In this document: positions 12,431 to 23,563 of the stretch, piece after piece
Layout of the letters: each line of letters starts with the position of its first letter
Numbering within the stretch: the stretch's first letter is position 1
Assembly (NCBI GenBank): GCA_965644315.1
Contig: CBFFRQ010000042.1
Location: forward strand, 372,001 to 436,000
Reading direction: 5' to 3'
DNA: 64,000 nucleotides
Origin: Caecitellus pseudoparvulus
Lineage: Eukaryota > Protista > Bigyra: Bicosoecida
The notes under the pieces: generated by a model
Told to the model about the DNA's origin: nothing
The model's database searches: none
The model's input: the letters and a program-made list of their open reading frames with translations, nothing else
Made by a program: the position numbers and the translations under genes

Positions 12431-13991
12431 TCACGAGCAGCCGTCCCCTTCACTCTGTGTAGCGGCTTTTGGACAGGCCACCCAACTGCCTCTCCAAGCC
12501 TGCACAACCCCGTCTTCGTGCCCCGCGCACACCAGCGTGTCCTCACCCACCGAGCAGACGGAGAGGGCAGTGACGGGTGCCCTCGAAAACCCCAGCAACC
12601 AGGCGACCTCCAGAGGTGCATCGCTAGACCACAGCCCCCTCCACAGGCGCACCGACCCGTCCGAGCACCCGACAAACACATCCTGAGACGCACCGGGCAG
12701 CGCGAGGGACGTGACACACTCTCCTGGTGGCAGGAAACTCGACAGGGTGCTGCAGGACAGGGTAGGGGGCGCGCCCACTGCGGCAGCGTGGGACGCTCGA
12801 AGGTGCCACAGGCCACCCTCACCATCAGCTACGAGGCAGCTCGCCTCGGCGCTGCCTTGGGCACACACCGCCGCCATGGCTGTCGTGTGCGCCTTGCTGG
12901 GCAGCCACATGGCGGTGCAGACCACCTCCTCGCCCCTCGTGTCCGCTGCACACACAATGCCGAACTGCGAGCCAGTCACAACCAGCGGGCTGGCGCCGCC
13001 CACCACACACAGGCAGCTCACCCGGGCTGCCTGCTGGGCCAGCACGTCGCTAGGACCCTGCTCTGATGCAGTGCCTGCGCCCACTGCAGCTGCTGGCGCG
13101 TGCCCTGCATCGCTGGGCGGCGTGTGCCTGTGTGGCAGGGGAGGCACGAGGGCGGGGGGGGGCACGCTCCAGGTCTTGGCGCGCTCCCGGCGCACGGTGT
13201 CCCACACGGCACAGCGCCCCTCCCGATCGGCACCTGCACGGGGGAGCGTGGGGAATGAGTGGGTTGGTGCATGTGGTGGGCGGCGGCGAGGGCGACGCAC
13301 TGGCCAGGGCATAGGGTGCCTCGCCCTGCCACGGCAGCACGCCCAGGGCGGTGATGGGGGCAGTGCTCCCACTCATGGACGCGCCACATGCGCCATCCAC
13401 GACGCTGTGCACCTTGATGCGCATGTCTGTGCCTGCAGTGGCGGCCACCAGGGGCGGGCCGCCAGGCTGCGCCGTCAGCGGGAAGAAGACGAACGCAGTA
13501 GCGCCCAGCAGGTGCTGCTCCAGGGCCAGGCTTGGCTGGCGCGCCGGACTTTGCACGATTGGGCTGTATACTGTGCTGCTGCCATCGCTGAAGGCCACGC
13601 CGACGTGCGCCGCCTCTCCACCGAAAGCCATCAGGGAGGCAACTGGCTGCGAGGTACGCGTGGTGGACGTGGCGGTGCGGGGGAGGAGGGTCGGCAAGCA
13701 GAGGACGCACCGAAGTGGAAGCTGCAGAGTGCCAGCAAGGAGACACCATCTGGGGTGGCTCACAGCCTGCACATGCCTGTGAGCGGTGAAGAAGCAGCGT
13801 CGTGGGCAGCGGAAATTGGTCGCGCAGGAGCCCTCCGCACGCACGCTGTCGCCGCCAAGGGTGGAAGGCAGGACTGGTTTGAAGCAAATGCGGGCTTGTT
13901 CGGCGCTGTCTAAACTCCAGACCATGCCTGGCTCCTCCATTGGTTCCCATGCCGGTTGCAGGTGGGGCTTGCTTGGCACAGCCTCAGCCAT
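12431..13991 (-). CDS. WD40-repeat protein; 2 exons
   Basis: Blades such as VGVAFSDGSSTVY, LASADREGRCAVWD, VFVGCSDGSVRLW and VCAGHEDGVVQAW. An intron at about 13300..13234 (GTGCGT..CAG) joins ORFs 13050..13991 and 12431..13372 in frame. Confidence 0.8.
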
Positions 13992-14161
13992 GGTTGCTGG
14001 AAGCAGGGGGCACTACTTGAGAGGCGGCAAAACGTGTCAGAACGGTTGGGCAGCCCGCTCTGCAGGCGAGTTCGAGGTTGATGGGAAAATTGGCTTGCCC
14101 GGAGACTGCGCGAGTGCCGCAGCCTGCCTGAGCTGGGCAGCAGCACGCCTGCCTTGCCAGC

Positions 14162-15627
14162 ATGGCAGCAAGTTCGCCTCCGGACAAGGCAGCGCGGTCA
14201 AGCGCAGAGGAGCAGCCTGTGGACGATGGCACTGTGCCCCACGATCCAACTGTCAACGAAGAAGAGCCTGGCATCAACCTGTTTGTGCTGAAGCAATTCG
14301 AGCCTGCGCTGGACGTGCAGGTGCGGTAGCTGAGCGTTTCGTGAACAGGGTGTTTCGCGTGGCCAGCTCACACTGTTGGCCTCCCCTCCCAGATGATGCT
14401 GCGCGTCCGAGGTGTGCCGCACCGAGTTGTGAATGTAGGCCATTCGTGGGAGTTGTCCACTGGCCCGCTGCCCCAGGTGCTGCACGGCTCTGAGCTCACG
14501 GGGAAGGCTCGCATCGAGGCGAAGCTGGAGCACGCCCTGCGCTCCAAAGGGAAGGCGCTGGATGCAATCATCATGCAGCCGCTCAATCGGCACCTGACGG
14601 CAGCCCAGAAGGGCACTTGCATGGCATTTTCAGCCTTGCTTGATGGTGTCCTGGAGGATGTGATGGTAAGTGCACCCCCTGTGAGCGGCAAAGCAGCTGC
14701 ACTTCACAAACTGCACTCCACGCTGCCCCTCCCCACCGCCAGCTGTTCTGCAAGTACGCAATGGACGAAGTGTACGAAGCACACACCCGCCCCGCCCTGC
14801 TGGCCCAGGGCATGTGGCCACTGAACCACTACCATGCCTGGTCCAGGCGGCGGGAGGTGCTGGCTCACTTGCGGCGGGCAGGCATGACCGACATGCACTG
14901 GGCAGAGTACCGAGCCAAGGAGGCGTACGACGCCCTGGCCCGCCTGTTTGCACTGAACCACCAAGAGGTCATGGCCACGCACGGCAAGCGCTGCAGCGCC
15001 TACGCTTTCGGGCGGCAGCCCAGCACTCTGGATGCCAAGCTGTTCGGGCACTTGGTGGCGGTGCACGACACACCCGCGTGGGGCTGGGCCACCAAGCACG
15101 ACGCGCTGAAGCGCCTGTACTACGGGGTTGCTGAGCGGTACTTCATGAAGCGCGTGGACCTGGCAGGCTTCACACAGCAGCCGGTGGACGGAGCGGCGGG
15201 GTACGCCGTGCAGGGCAAGAACTACTTCACACAGCTGGTGCCGCCCCCAGGCGCCCTGCGCACCCCCACGCTGCCACCCAGCCAGAGCTCCACCATGAAG
15301 CGCAAGACCAGCAAAGCGCTGGGCAATGCCATGGCCCAGGAGGACAGGGAGGGGGCAGATGCCGCCGAGGACACGCCCGCAGCGAGCTGGTGGTGGACAC
15401 CTCACGGCACCTGGGGCACGGCAGCGTTGGGGGGTGTGGCTGTGATAGGTGTCATGGCGCTGGGTACCGTGGTACTCTCCGCTGTGCCTTCCTTCGTACA
15501 AGTGCGCCGCAGCTCCGGCAGCAAAGGCTCCAAGGTGGCGGGGGCCACCCCGGCCGTGACTCGGCCTGCCACTGCCACGCCAGTGATGATGCCGAGCTCC
15601 CTGCGCCCACCAAGCGGGACCTGGTGA
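14162..15627 (+). CDS. Metaxin/Sam37-like mitochondrial outer-membrane protein (GST-like fold) with a C-terminal TM helix; 3 exons
   Basis: MMLRVRGVPHRVVN..STGPLPQV (GST-N-like), YDALARL...YAFGRQPSTLDAKLFGHL (metaxin C-domain motif) and hydrophobic AALGGVAVIGVMALGTVVLSAV. Introns about 14321..14392 and 14667..14742. Confidence 0.82.
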
Positions 15628-15684
15628 CGAGGTGTGGCAGCGCAATGCATTCTGTGTGGCGGCGTGAGGCGGGAGCGTGCGCCC

Positions 15685-16310
15685 TCATGCTCTGTGCCTG
15701 GCAGCCTCCAACTGCGCCACGGACAGGGCATCGGCAGGGCGCCAGCCCAGCTGCTGTAGGTTGATGGTGTCAGCAGCCCCTCGGTCCACGCTGTGCAGCT
15801 CTGCCAAGGGCTTCACCACCATCTTCCCCGTGCGATTGGGGTACACCAGGCCCATGGCGAAGGCAGCTGCAGGTGACCGCTGGTCTGGGCTGGCCTCCTT
15901 GACCAGGTCCAGCACCTCACGGAGGGTTGTGTCAGGCCTGCGCAGGACAAGTGGTTCAGTGCAGTGTTGCGCAGGCAGCCTGCGTGCAGCTTGGAGGGGG
16001 GGCTGCTTCCGCTCACCACACATAGAGCTGGATGCCATTTGGTGGCTTGGCTGAGTCCTCGAAGGCGCTGGCTCTGCGCAGTGTAGTCCGTGAGGGAGGT
16101 GGGGGGAACATGGCATAGCGCCAGTCACAAGACAGCCCCTTACGAATGCAGCCGGCCTTGCTTCAAGAAGACGGGGAGGAGGCTGGGGGGCACCTGAGCT
16201 CAGCAAGCATGTGTGTGCGGAAATTGTGCCGCAAGCCTTGGCAGCGCGGAGCAACCCCTCACCTGACTGCGGTCAACTTTGGGGGGTGCAGGTGCGACTT
16301 CCGATGCCAT
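15685..16310 (-). CDS. SAP18: Sin3-associated protein SAP18; 4 exons
   Basis: Spliced product KVDRSQVPPSLLPVFLKQGRLH..NGIQLYVWPDTTLREVLDLVKEA..FAMGLVYP..TINLQQLGWRPADALSVA matches the SAP18 pattern (LQIYTW.DATL.EL..LVKE). Confidence 0.88.
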
Positions 16311-16650
16311 GGCTGTGCTTCGGGTTGGCCACTGGCTTTGCCCGGCAGACGCGCAGTCAGCAGGCAGCTGGCCGGCGGACTCGGGACAAACCACGCCGCG
16401 ACGGGCTCAAGGAATGGAGCTCGCTCACCAGGAGCACATGGAGCAAGGTGGCCATAAGCGTGCAATGTACATACATTACTGCAGGCACGAGATCGGGGGA
16501 CATTAAAATGCCTCTGATTACCACAGCGCGGCATGGAAGGCGACGAGCCTGTTTCACAACAAAAAGCACCCGGTGCGAGGCCCTGCAGCGGTGCTCTGGC
16601 TCGGCAAGACAGAAAGGCGTGAGACCGCATATCCTTGCACAGTGAACAGG

Positions 16651-18363
16651 CTAAGTCGCTTCATGCAGAGTTGCGAGAACGAATGCGGCGGCACCCTCTG
16701 TGGAGGCGATGGAGCCGTCAGCCAGGGTTCGCCACTCCAAGTCCACATCTGCGAGGAGCGGGTGCGCCACCGCCAGTCTTGGGTCCGTCACGCTCACCAA
16801 CGAGCTGGTTTCGTCATCAGAACTGCCCCCGTGCGCTGGCTGTAGCAGGAGCATGTCCTCAAACTCGGCCTTGCGCTGGGTAGCCTTCGCGACCACCGCC
16901 CGCCAATTCCTGCCCGTGACTCGCGCGCCTGTGCACAGATCTTCACCCTGGGCACCCATTTCATCAGGCGTCGGGCCTTTCCAGGTTATTTTCAACCGCA
17001 CTGACATGGGGTTCGTCGGGTACTCCACGGAGACGAAGGCCGCTGCCAGCTCAGGAGTGGACAGGACGAGCCAGTGTTTTTGGTGCCGCGGTGAGACATG
17101 CGGCTGCAGATTCAGCTCCACTGCCCTCACATAGTCCCGCGTCAGGGCCGCCATGAATGCGGAAGCTGCTCGCAGCTCCAGACGCCCCATGGGGGTGCGT
17201 GCCTTGGCGACCCACTCCCGAGAGCTTGCGTCATAGCGGACAAAGCGCTGAGCTGCTTGCGGGAGGGCAGCCAGCTCACTCGCCGCCTCCTCTGCTGACA
17301 AGCACGGACGCGTGGGCGGGGCCCGCGCCTCCGTGTGTGTGTCTTCATCCAGCTGAGGGGGTGTGGGCCGCTTGGCGCTGGTAGGTGGCAGCTGCGGGTC
17401 AGCGGTGCGCGTTCGTTTGCGTTTCGGCAGTGCGCAGGTTGGGTTGGGACCTGGCCGTGTCAGGAAGACGGAAACGTATCCTTTGAACGCTGCCGCAAAG
17501 CTGTGCGAGGAAAGGTCCATTCCGTGTGAGGCCCACCAGGCGTGGATGGTGCTTTCTAGCTCCGCGAGCTGGGCTGGCCACCGTGCGGCATGGAAAGGGA
17601 CCACCCACGCCACAGTGCTGGGCTCGGGCCCCGCCCATTCCACGCGGGACCACGGAGCCCAGTTGGGGAGTACAGCATGCATGCCAACCACAGGCACTAC
17701 GCTGGCGTGCAGGAAAGCCGCGGCCAGCTCTGGGAAGTGAGGCAAAGCCCACGGCGTGTCTGGGGCTTGCTCGACTGGGTTTGATGCGGACCAATGCACC
17801 GAACCGGGCTCTGCCAGCCCGCCCTGCCGGCCCCAGGAGCTTGCCACGCCCTGCACAGAGACGAGACTGCTATGAGATAGTGCTGTGGGCTCCCCCACCC
17901 CACTGGATGCGTCGCTGTCCCCGGCACAGGCTGCATCGGTTACAGGCGCCGCAGGGCACGGAGGCGAAGCGCCCTGCTGCATCCTGGCATAGTCACGCTG
18001 CAGCAGGGCCAGGAGGGCAGTCTTCCCATTCGCCCTGAGCACTTCTCTGCCGGAGCACGCCACGACTGCCACCCAGCGCTCAGTACTTGCGTCAAACCAG
18101 AGCTCATCCTCCCGACTCAAAGCGCTCGGCAGGTGCAGCACTTCACGCGCTGATTGTGAAGGGGCGGGGGTGAGGTGCAGCTCGGGCAGGCTTGGCAGCA
18201 GCTGGTACAATGAGGCAAAGTCTCGTTCACCCCCTTCCGGGTCTGGTTGTTTTGGGGTCAAAGTTTTGTGACCAGAAGACAACGCTGTGCCTGGCTTCTG
18301 CCTTGCCTGGGGCATACCGGCGCAGCTGCCCCACAGCCAGTCCTTCGAGGGAGAACCCGACAT
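16651..18363 (-). CDS. Hypothetical protein, paralogue A, with two copies of an AP2-like + WxGPxP domain
   Basis: Uninterrupted ORF of about 570 codons from ATG 18363. Internal repeats WFDASTERW..RDY..PELAAAF..WAGPEP and RYDASSREW..RDY..PELAAAF..WKGPTP. Confidence 0.75.
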   Translation of the reverse strand: MSGSPSKDWLWGSCAGMPQARQKPGTALSSGHKTLTPKQPDPEGGERDFASLYQLLPSLPELHLTPAPSQSAREVLHLPSALSREDELWFDASTERWVAVVACSGREVLRANGKTALLALLQRDYARMQQGASPPCPAAPVTDAACAGDSDASSGVGEPTALSHSSLVSVQGVASSWGRQGGLAEPGSVHWSASNPVEQAPDTPWALPHFPELAAAFLHASVVPVVGMHAVLPNWAPWSRVEWAGPEPSTVAWVVPFHAARWPAQLAELESTIHAWWASHGMDLSSHSFAAAFKGYVSVFLTRPGPNPTCALPKRKRTRTADPQLPPTSAKRPTPPQLDEDTHTEARAPPTRPCLSAEEAASELAALPQAAQRFVRYDASSREWVAKARTPMGRLELRAASAFMAALTRDYVRAVELNLQPHVSPRHQKHWLVLSTPELAAAFVSVEYPTNPMSVRLKITWKGPTPDEMGAQGEDLCTGARVTGRNWRAVVAKATQRKAEFEDMLLLQPAHGGSSDDETSSLVSVTDPRLAVAHPLLADVDLEWRTLADGSIASTEGAAAFVLATLHEAT

Positions 18364-19966
18364 GCTCCCCGCAGCAGACTGAACGTGGAAGGTGGTCAAT
18401 CCTGACGAGGCGGTGGCGCCGGCCTAGGCATGCAGCGGCCAAACGTGCCGTGATGGTGTGGGCGAGCGGAAATTGCCCTGCTCAAATGCCAGGCGCGCAG
18501 ATGCAGGGGAGAGGTACAGAGCACTGTCCCTGTCATGCGGGCACAGAGTGCCCAAAGGGCTATATGTGGAGTTGCAGGTCACGCTTTTTGAACAAAAGCT
18601 CGGCTTTCATCTCTGCGGCAGGCTGTATCGCCGGGCAGGTGAAGGGGGGGGGTGCTTGGCGATGCGCCGCTGGAACTCCACAGCACAACATGCGGCAGAG
18701 GGGGCGATGTTCAGTGGCGACAAGGGTCCTAGGCCATGATGTGGCGAAGGGTGCTTGACTCCCCAGCGCTGGTCCCTGCTGACTGGCTGTGCTCTTCGGT
18801 GTTTGGTTTGGGGATGTCTCCGCAGTGATCAGGTGATGTGGGGCCATATCAAACCGTCAGGCAGGCTTCTGCATGATGCGCAACAGGGCCTGCCAACCGA
18901 AAGGTCCTGAGTGGGCGAGCTCCAGGGAGGTTGCTACGGGGCCGCCTACGTCAACGCTTAGTATTCAACCTTGATTTGTGGGGGCTGAAGCCTGGCTCGA
19001 GCACCGGCCGGAAGTAGGGGTCAGAGCCAGCTTGGTGGGGTTGCGGATGTGCGGGGGGGATGCACCGCACAAGCTGCTCCAGCAGCCGCAGCGGGCAGAA
19101 GCTCCTTGCAGCAACAGATTCAGGGTAAGCCTTAAGGTTCGCGCCTCGATGTCTGCGTTTGAGGGATGCCGGAACCCGGAAAGAGCGCTGCTAGTTGCTG
19201 CATCAGAGGCTTGCCGCCACCCGCGGCTGACGCACGCTGAGTCCTCGCTGTTCGCCGCCCACGCCCCTGCTGCAGCCTCAAGTAAAGCAGGGGCTGCAAA
19301 AAAACATGCTTTGGGCGAGGTATGTGCCTCTCTGATCACAGATGCGCTTCATTCCCGCGCAAGGGCGCCCCAGGGAGCGGGCGCTCTCCGGACGTTTCTT
19401 CGATGCCCTTCGTCGTGGCGGCATGTGCCGCGGCCCCACTCCACACACGATGCCAAGGTCGCAGTGCCCCCGCTGGCACAACCCCAGCCCCAGCCCACCC
19501 ACACCACAACCAAAAACACCACCATACTACCCACTAAACTTTCTGGTGGGTGAATTCCCCCGCAGCGCTGCTGCCGAGTGCCTGCGCAATCCTGCTGCAG
19601 AGGTGTCATCTCTCCAGCACCAGGGGACAGTGATACTGCTGTCCATCCCCCTAGGCTCAAGCGCAGTCCTGCCCTGCTGACTTGACTCCCCAGCCCCCAA
19701 GTGCCACCCCAGGGCAGCTGCAGCAACTCTTGTTGCCTGACCGAAGTCTGCAGGGGCCCGCAAGGTGTGTGGCACCCGCAAGTGTCCGTAGACAGTGACG
19801 CTGCACTGCCCTTGTCACACCCAAAACTCGTGCAGTGCCGCACGTGCTGCTTGCCGGCTGCACAGCTCCGCCTGCGCACCCCCGAGTGGTTCTTCCCCGC
19901 AGGTTGTGGAACAGGTGTCTCTTGCTCAGGGACACGGCATCGAGAGTCGCGCTGCGGTCCAGGATC

Positions 19967-21877
19967 ATGCAAGGACCTGCCCAGCCGAGCTTGGCTCAGC
20001 CAACTGATGCAGCAGGAGCGGGAAGCGTCCCGCAGCTGTTTTGCTCAGCGTCCGCGCTGTCGTCCTGCAAACGCACCCCAGCTGTGATTGGGCTGCCTGC
20101 CGTCACCCACCTTGCAGGGTACGACCCCTGGGCAGAGGTGGCCAGCTGGGGCCGCTTCGACACCCCCGATGCCAACGCTGAGCTGGCGTGGCGTGTGGCC
20201 CGGTCACCGTCTCAGCCAGGACCGTCGTCCCGCAAACTTCTGGGCGGACATGGCGCGCAGGAAGCGACGACTTTCCATGAAGCGCAGCGCGTGGCCGCTC
20301 CTCCAGCACCACACCCCCCTTCTCCTCTGCGAGCTCAGCCGCGACACGCTCTCGGGCAGTTTGCGCAGCCGCCCACCCGTGCGGAGCCGCAAACTCTGGC
20401 CCTGCCAGGAGTAAGCACGGGACACTTTGAACCTGCCTCCGATGAAATCGCAACGTTGCCTGCGAGCTTCCAAGCAGCTTCTTCTCGTTCACTGGGGTAC
20501 AGGGTGTCGCGGCGCACATGGACGGCGCAGTACACCTTCACTCGCGGGCCGCTACGGCCGGGAGACTACGAGCCTCCGGTGTCCCTGGTGGGCTCGCGGC
20601 GTGGCCAGGCCTCCAAACGCGAGCGGGCCTCCCGCAGCGTCCTGGGCTGTACTGCCTTCATGGCATGCCTGCGGAGAGACTTTGATCGAATTTCCCGGGG
20701 GCTGCCGCCTCCCTCGAACTCGCACGCGGCAGTGGCCACGAACTGGCTGCTGCTGCAGTGCCCCGAGGCATTGGCTGCCTTTGCGACCCCAACTTCCAGC
20801 CCGGCGGCAGACAGTGCTGTCAGCACCTCGGCTGGCTTGCTTGGGCATCAGGCCTGCGATCCTCGCGTGCTGAGGAGGTCGCAGAAGCAGGCGGGGGGCG
20901 TCGACGATGCCTGTTGGCTCAGGTGGACTGGCCCCACTCCTGACCAACTGGAGGCGTTCGGCGCCATGCTGCACCCCCCCCGAAAGCCGTGCATGGATAA
21001 CTTCCTTGCCCTGCTGGAAGCCATGCACAGTAGCGGCTGGACCAGCGCAGCAGGTGGCGCCTCACAGGCCTTGGCCAAACAGGGTCAACTCAGCGAAGTG
21101 TGCCCCAGCCCGAACCTTGCAGCGCAGCAGCAGGGAAGGCTGGGATTCGGCCACACACCACCCTCACCTGCCGGTCAAGCAGGCCCAGGCATGCGACCTG
21201 GGAGCCTCTTTGCGGCGAAGGGGCAGCTGGGGCCCAGCTGCAGCTCTGCGGGCCCTTTCGACCCAACGCGCCTTGGCACCCAGCAGCCTGGCCTGCCCAC
21301 CGCAGAGCAACCCAGCAGCTTTATCCCAGTCAAGGGCAGTGAGCATCGCTTCTCCGCTCCCTCCATGCCACTCGGTGGAGTGCCCGGACCTGCCGTGTCT
21401 TTGCCCCTGCGCACACATGCCCATGTGGGCGGAGGCTCTGCGCTGAACCTCCCGCGCCCTATTGCCGAGTCAAATGTGGCGCAGGCCAGACAAACCCACA
21501 CAAGGCAGACTTCCCCTCCGTTCCAGCTCGTGGATGCCAGCCCGCGCTGGGCGCCTGTTGGGGACCCTGGAGATGCTGTGGGCACGGCAGAGGCGCCGCA
21601 AACGAAGCGTGGAGCTGGCTACCCTGCCCTGTGGCTGCAAGCCCTGCAGAGGGACTTCGCGCGGCTGCAGGCTGGTGCCCAACCCGCACACGACAGCGCT
21701 GATCCGTGGCTTGTCGCACAGGACCCGCTGGTCGCCGCAGCGTTTGTTTCCGTGGACCCCACCGGCGGCGTGTTGTGGACAGGCCCCACTCCGAACGTGG
21801 TGGATGCGGCCGCGGCGCAGCTGGGCATTCCCTTGACGCATGAAACTTGGCAGTATGTTCTTAATCACGCTGGATAG
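19967..21877 (+). CDS. Hypothetical protein, paralogue B, with one full and one partial copy of the same domain
   Basis: Long ORF with probable ATG at 19967. GYRVSRRTWTA..AFMACLRRDF..WLLLQCPEALAAF..WTGPTP and LQRDF..WLVAQDPLVAAAF..WTGPTP. Confidence 0.75.
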   Translation: MQGPAQPSLAQPTDAAGAGSVPQLFCSASALSSCKRTPAVIGLPAVTHLAGYDPWAEVASWGRFDTPDANAELAWRVARSPSQPGPSSRKLLGGHGAQEATTFHEAQRVAAPPAPHPPSPLRAQPRHALGQFAQPPTRAEPQTLALPGVSTGHFEPASDEIATLPASFQAASSRSLGYRVSRRTWTAQYTFTRGPLRPGDYEPPVSLVGSRRGQASKRERASRSVLGCTAFMACLRRDFDRISRGLPPPSNSHAAVATNWLLLQCPEALAAFATPTSSPAADSAVSTSAGLLGHQACDPRVLRRSQKQAGGVDDACWLRWTGPTPDQLEAFGAMLHPPRKPCMDNFLALLEAMHSSGWTSAAGGASQALAKQGQLSEVCPSPNLAAQQQGRLGFGHTPPSPAGQAGPGMRPGSLFAAKGQLGPSCSSAGPFDPTRLGTQQPGLPTAEQPSSFIPVKGSEHRFSAPSMPLGGVPGPAVSLPLRTHAHVGGGSALNLPRPIAESNVAQARQTHTRQTSPPFQLVDASPRWAPVGDPGDAVGTAEAPQTKRGAGYPALWLQALQRDFARLQAGAQPAHDSADPWLVAQDPLVAAAFVSVDPTGGVLWTGPTPNVVDAAAAQLGIPLTHETWQYVLNHAG

Positions 21878-22463
21878 ATCCTTTTCTCTCGGCTGAAGCC
21901 CGGCCAACTCGCTTGTTTCTCTGTATTTCGCCGCTGACAACGCAGCATCAGGCCGCATGCGCCCTCAAGGTGTTTGCCTAGGCTTCGTCCTGATGCTCAG
22001 CAGCTGTGAACTCTGGCGCAGAATTGTGAACACACACTGGCGCCTGCTTGCGTTGCGCCGATGCCTGTCTCAGGGGCGTTGGCAGCAGGAAGCCCGCTCA
22101 CGCTGGCCGCTTCCTGCAGTGTGTAGAGACCATGGGCTCCTCATGGGTCACCCCAGCCGGTGGCTGCAGCGACCACACCAAATTTCATAGCGTGCCCCCT
22201 TCCTTGAGCGAAGCAGGTGCGGTCCCTGCCAACGTGGTGTGCACGCTGCGAAATGGCAGGCACCTGCACCAGTGCCTCGAAGGATTGACACAAAGTGCCC
22301 GGGCACAGTTGCCAATCGCCGCAGCTTTTCCGCGCCCCACGGAAGACTCCGAGCCTCGTATATGTGCTCCACCTGCTTGCACTCCTGGCAGCGCTGAGAC
22401 AGCTTCCACGCAGCTGCTGAAGGAGCTGCGTTACACTCCCCCAGCGTTTCAAGCCTGCCTGGC

Positions 22464-23483
22464 ATGGCTGCACAGAACCTGCTCCCACGTGCCGCTATCA
22501 GCTTGCAAAGCTTAGAAACACGAGACACATGGCCCTCCATGAGCATTTCCAGGCCGCCGTTGCTCGATGAAGCGACTGTGCTGCAGTACGCGGTGTTGGG
22601 TCGGCCTGCTGTGAAGCGGGCAGCAAGCGCCATCGAGCCCGCTGCGCTGCAGCCGCATCAGCACGGCGGTCCCGGCCAGGCATCCACGCAAGCCCCGGGT
22701 TTGTTGCTGGGTGACCTTCCAGCGGTGCAGTTCCCGGCAGACTCGTGGCTCCCCTCCAGCATGTCTCCACTCGCCCGCCAAGCCGCTGTCTCTGCGTTGC
22801 AGCAGGCAGCCGCCAACTCGGCCGCTCTGGACGCAACGAGCACGCTTCCCCAGAGGCCTCGTAGAGCCCCCAAAGGTGTTGAAGCTGCATGGAGTGCGCT
22901 CCCCCAAAGTCTTCGGCAGTCAGATGTGGCCTTTGACAAGAAGCAGGGCATGTGGCGTTGCCGTGTCAAGCACCGCAACGGCAGCACCGTGGCCTCCAGC
23001 CGAAGCCTCCTCAGAGTGCTGATTCAACGGGACTTCTTGCAATTGCTGCCTGGGGGCTGGGTGCCAGCGCGGCCGGCCCGCCCTGGGCAGCCGCTGGCGG
23101 TGCTGGAGGTGAAGCTGCTCGCCCGCCTCTTCCTGAGCAGTGACCCCAGCAGTGAGTGCCCTCCTGGTGCCCTCCCCCTTCGGTGGACTGGGCCCGCTCC
23201 TGAAACACTGGATGCTCACGTTCCAGGCCAGGAAGAGCTGAACCTGAGCAACATTTCAGCCGCCGCGCGTGCCGCCCAGCAGCAAGCGGCACCACATGCA
23301 GAGCAGTCCTTGGAGGTGCAGCCACGTGGGCGGGCCACTGCCAGCCTGAACTTGCCGTTGTCTCCAGGAACGATGGGGGTGGTGCGCGCAGAAGCCACGG
23401 CTGCGTCCTTGCCCAGCCTCCGCGTGCTGCTGCAGAGCAGCCGGCCGACCATGTCCTTCATACAATCCGGCCCCGCACCATAA
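22464..23483 (+). CDS. Hypothetical protein, paralogue C, with one copy of the same domain
   Basis: ALPQSLRQSDVAFDKKQGMWRCRVKHRNG..LIQRDF..LLARLF..LRWTGPAP. The start codon is uncertain. Confidence 0.7.
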   Translation: MAAQNLLPRAAISLQSLETRDTWPSMSISRPPLLDEATVLQYAVLGRPAVKRAASAIEPAALQPHQHGGPGQASTQAPGLLLGDLPAVQFPADSWLPSSMSPLARQAAVSALQQAAANSAALDATSTLPQRPRRAPKGVEAAWSALPQSLRQSDVAFDKKQGMWRCRVKHRNGSTVASSRSLLRVLIQRDFLQLLPGGWVPARPARPGQPLAVLEVKLLARLFLSSDPSSECPPGALPLRWTGPAPETLDAHVPGQEELNLSNISAAARAAQQQAAPHAEQSLEVQPRGRATASLNLPLSPGTMGVVRAEATAASLPSLRVLLQSSRPTMSFIQSGPAP

Positions 23484-23563
23484 TCCAACCCTCTCCTGGA
23501 TTGCACTTGCCCGTGTGCGTCTGGCGACGCCGTGTCGCGGGCCTGCAATTGCAGTGCGGCGCC

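Noticed and set aside
18978-19553. 191-aa ORF in the spacer between paralogues A and B
   Set aside because: It has a non-ATG start, no motif and no copy of the shared domain, so it cannot be supported as a gene.
16651-23483. The paralogue cluster as a transposon or endogenous virus
   Set aside because: No transposase, integrase, RT or capsid motifs, no terminal repeats or target-site duplication, and no sharp GC drop were seen.
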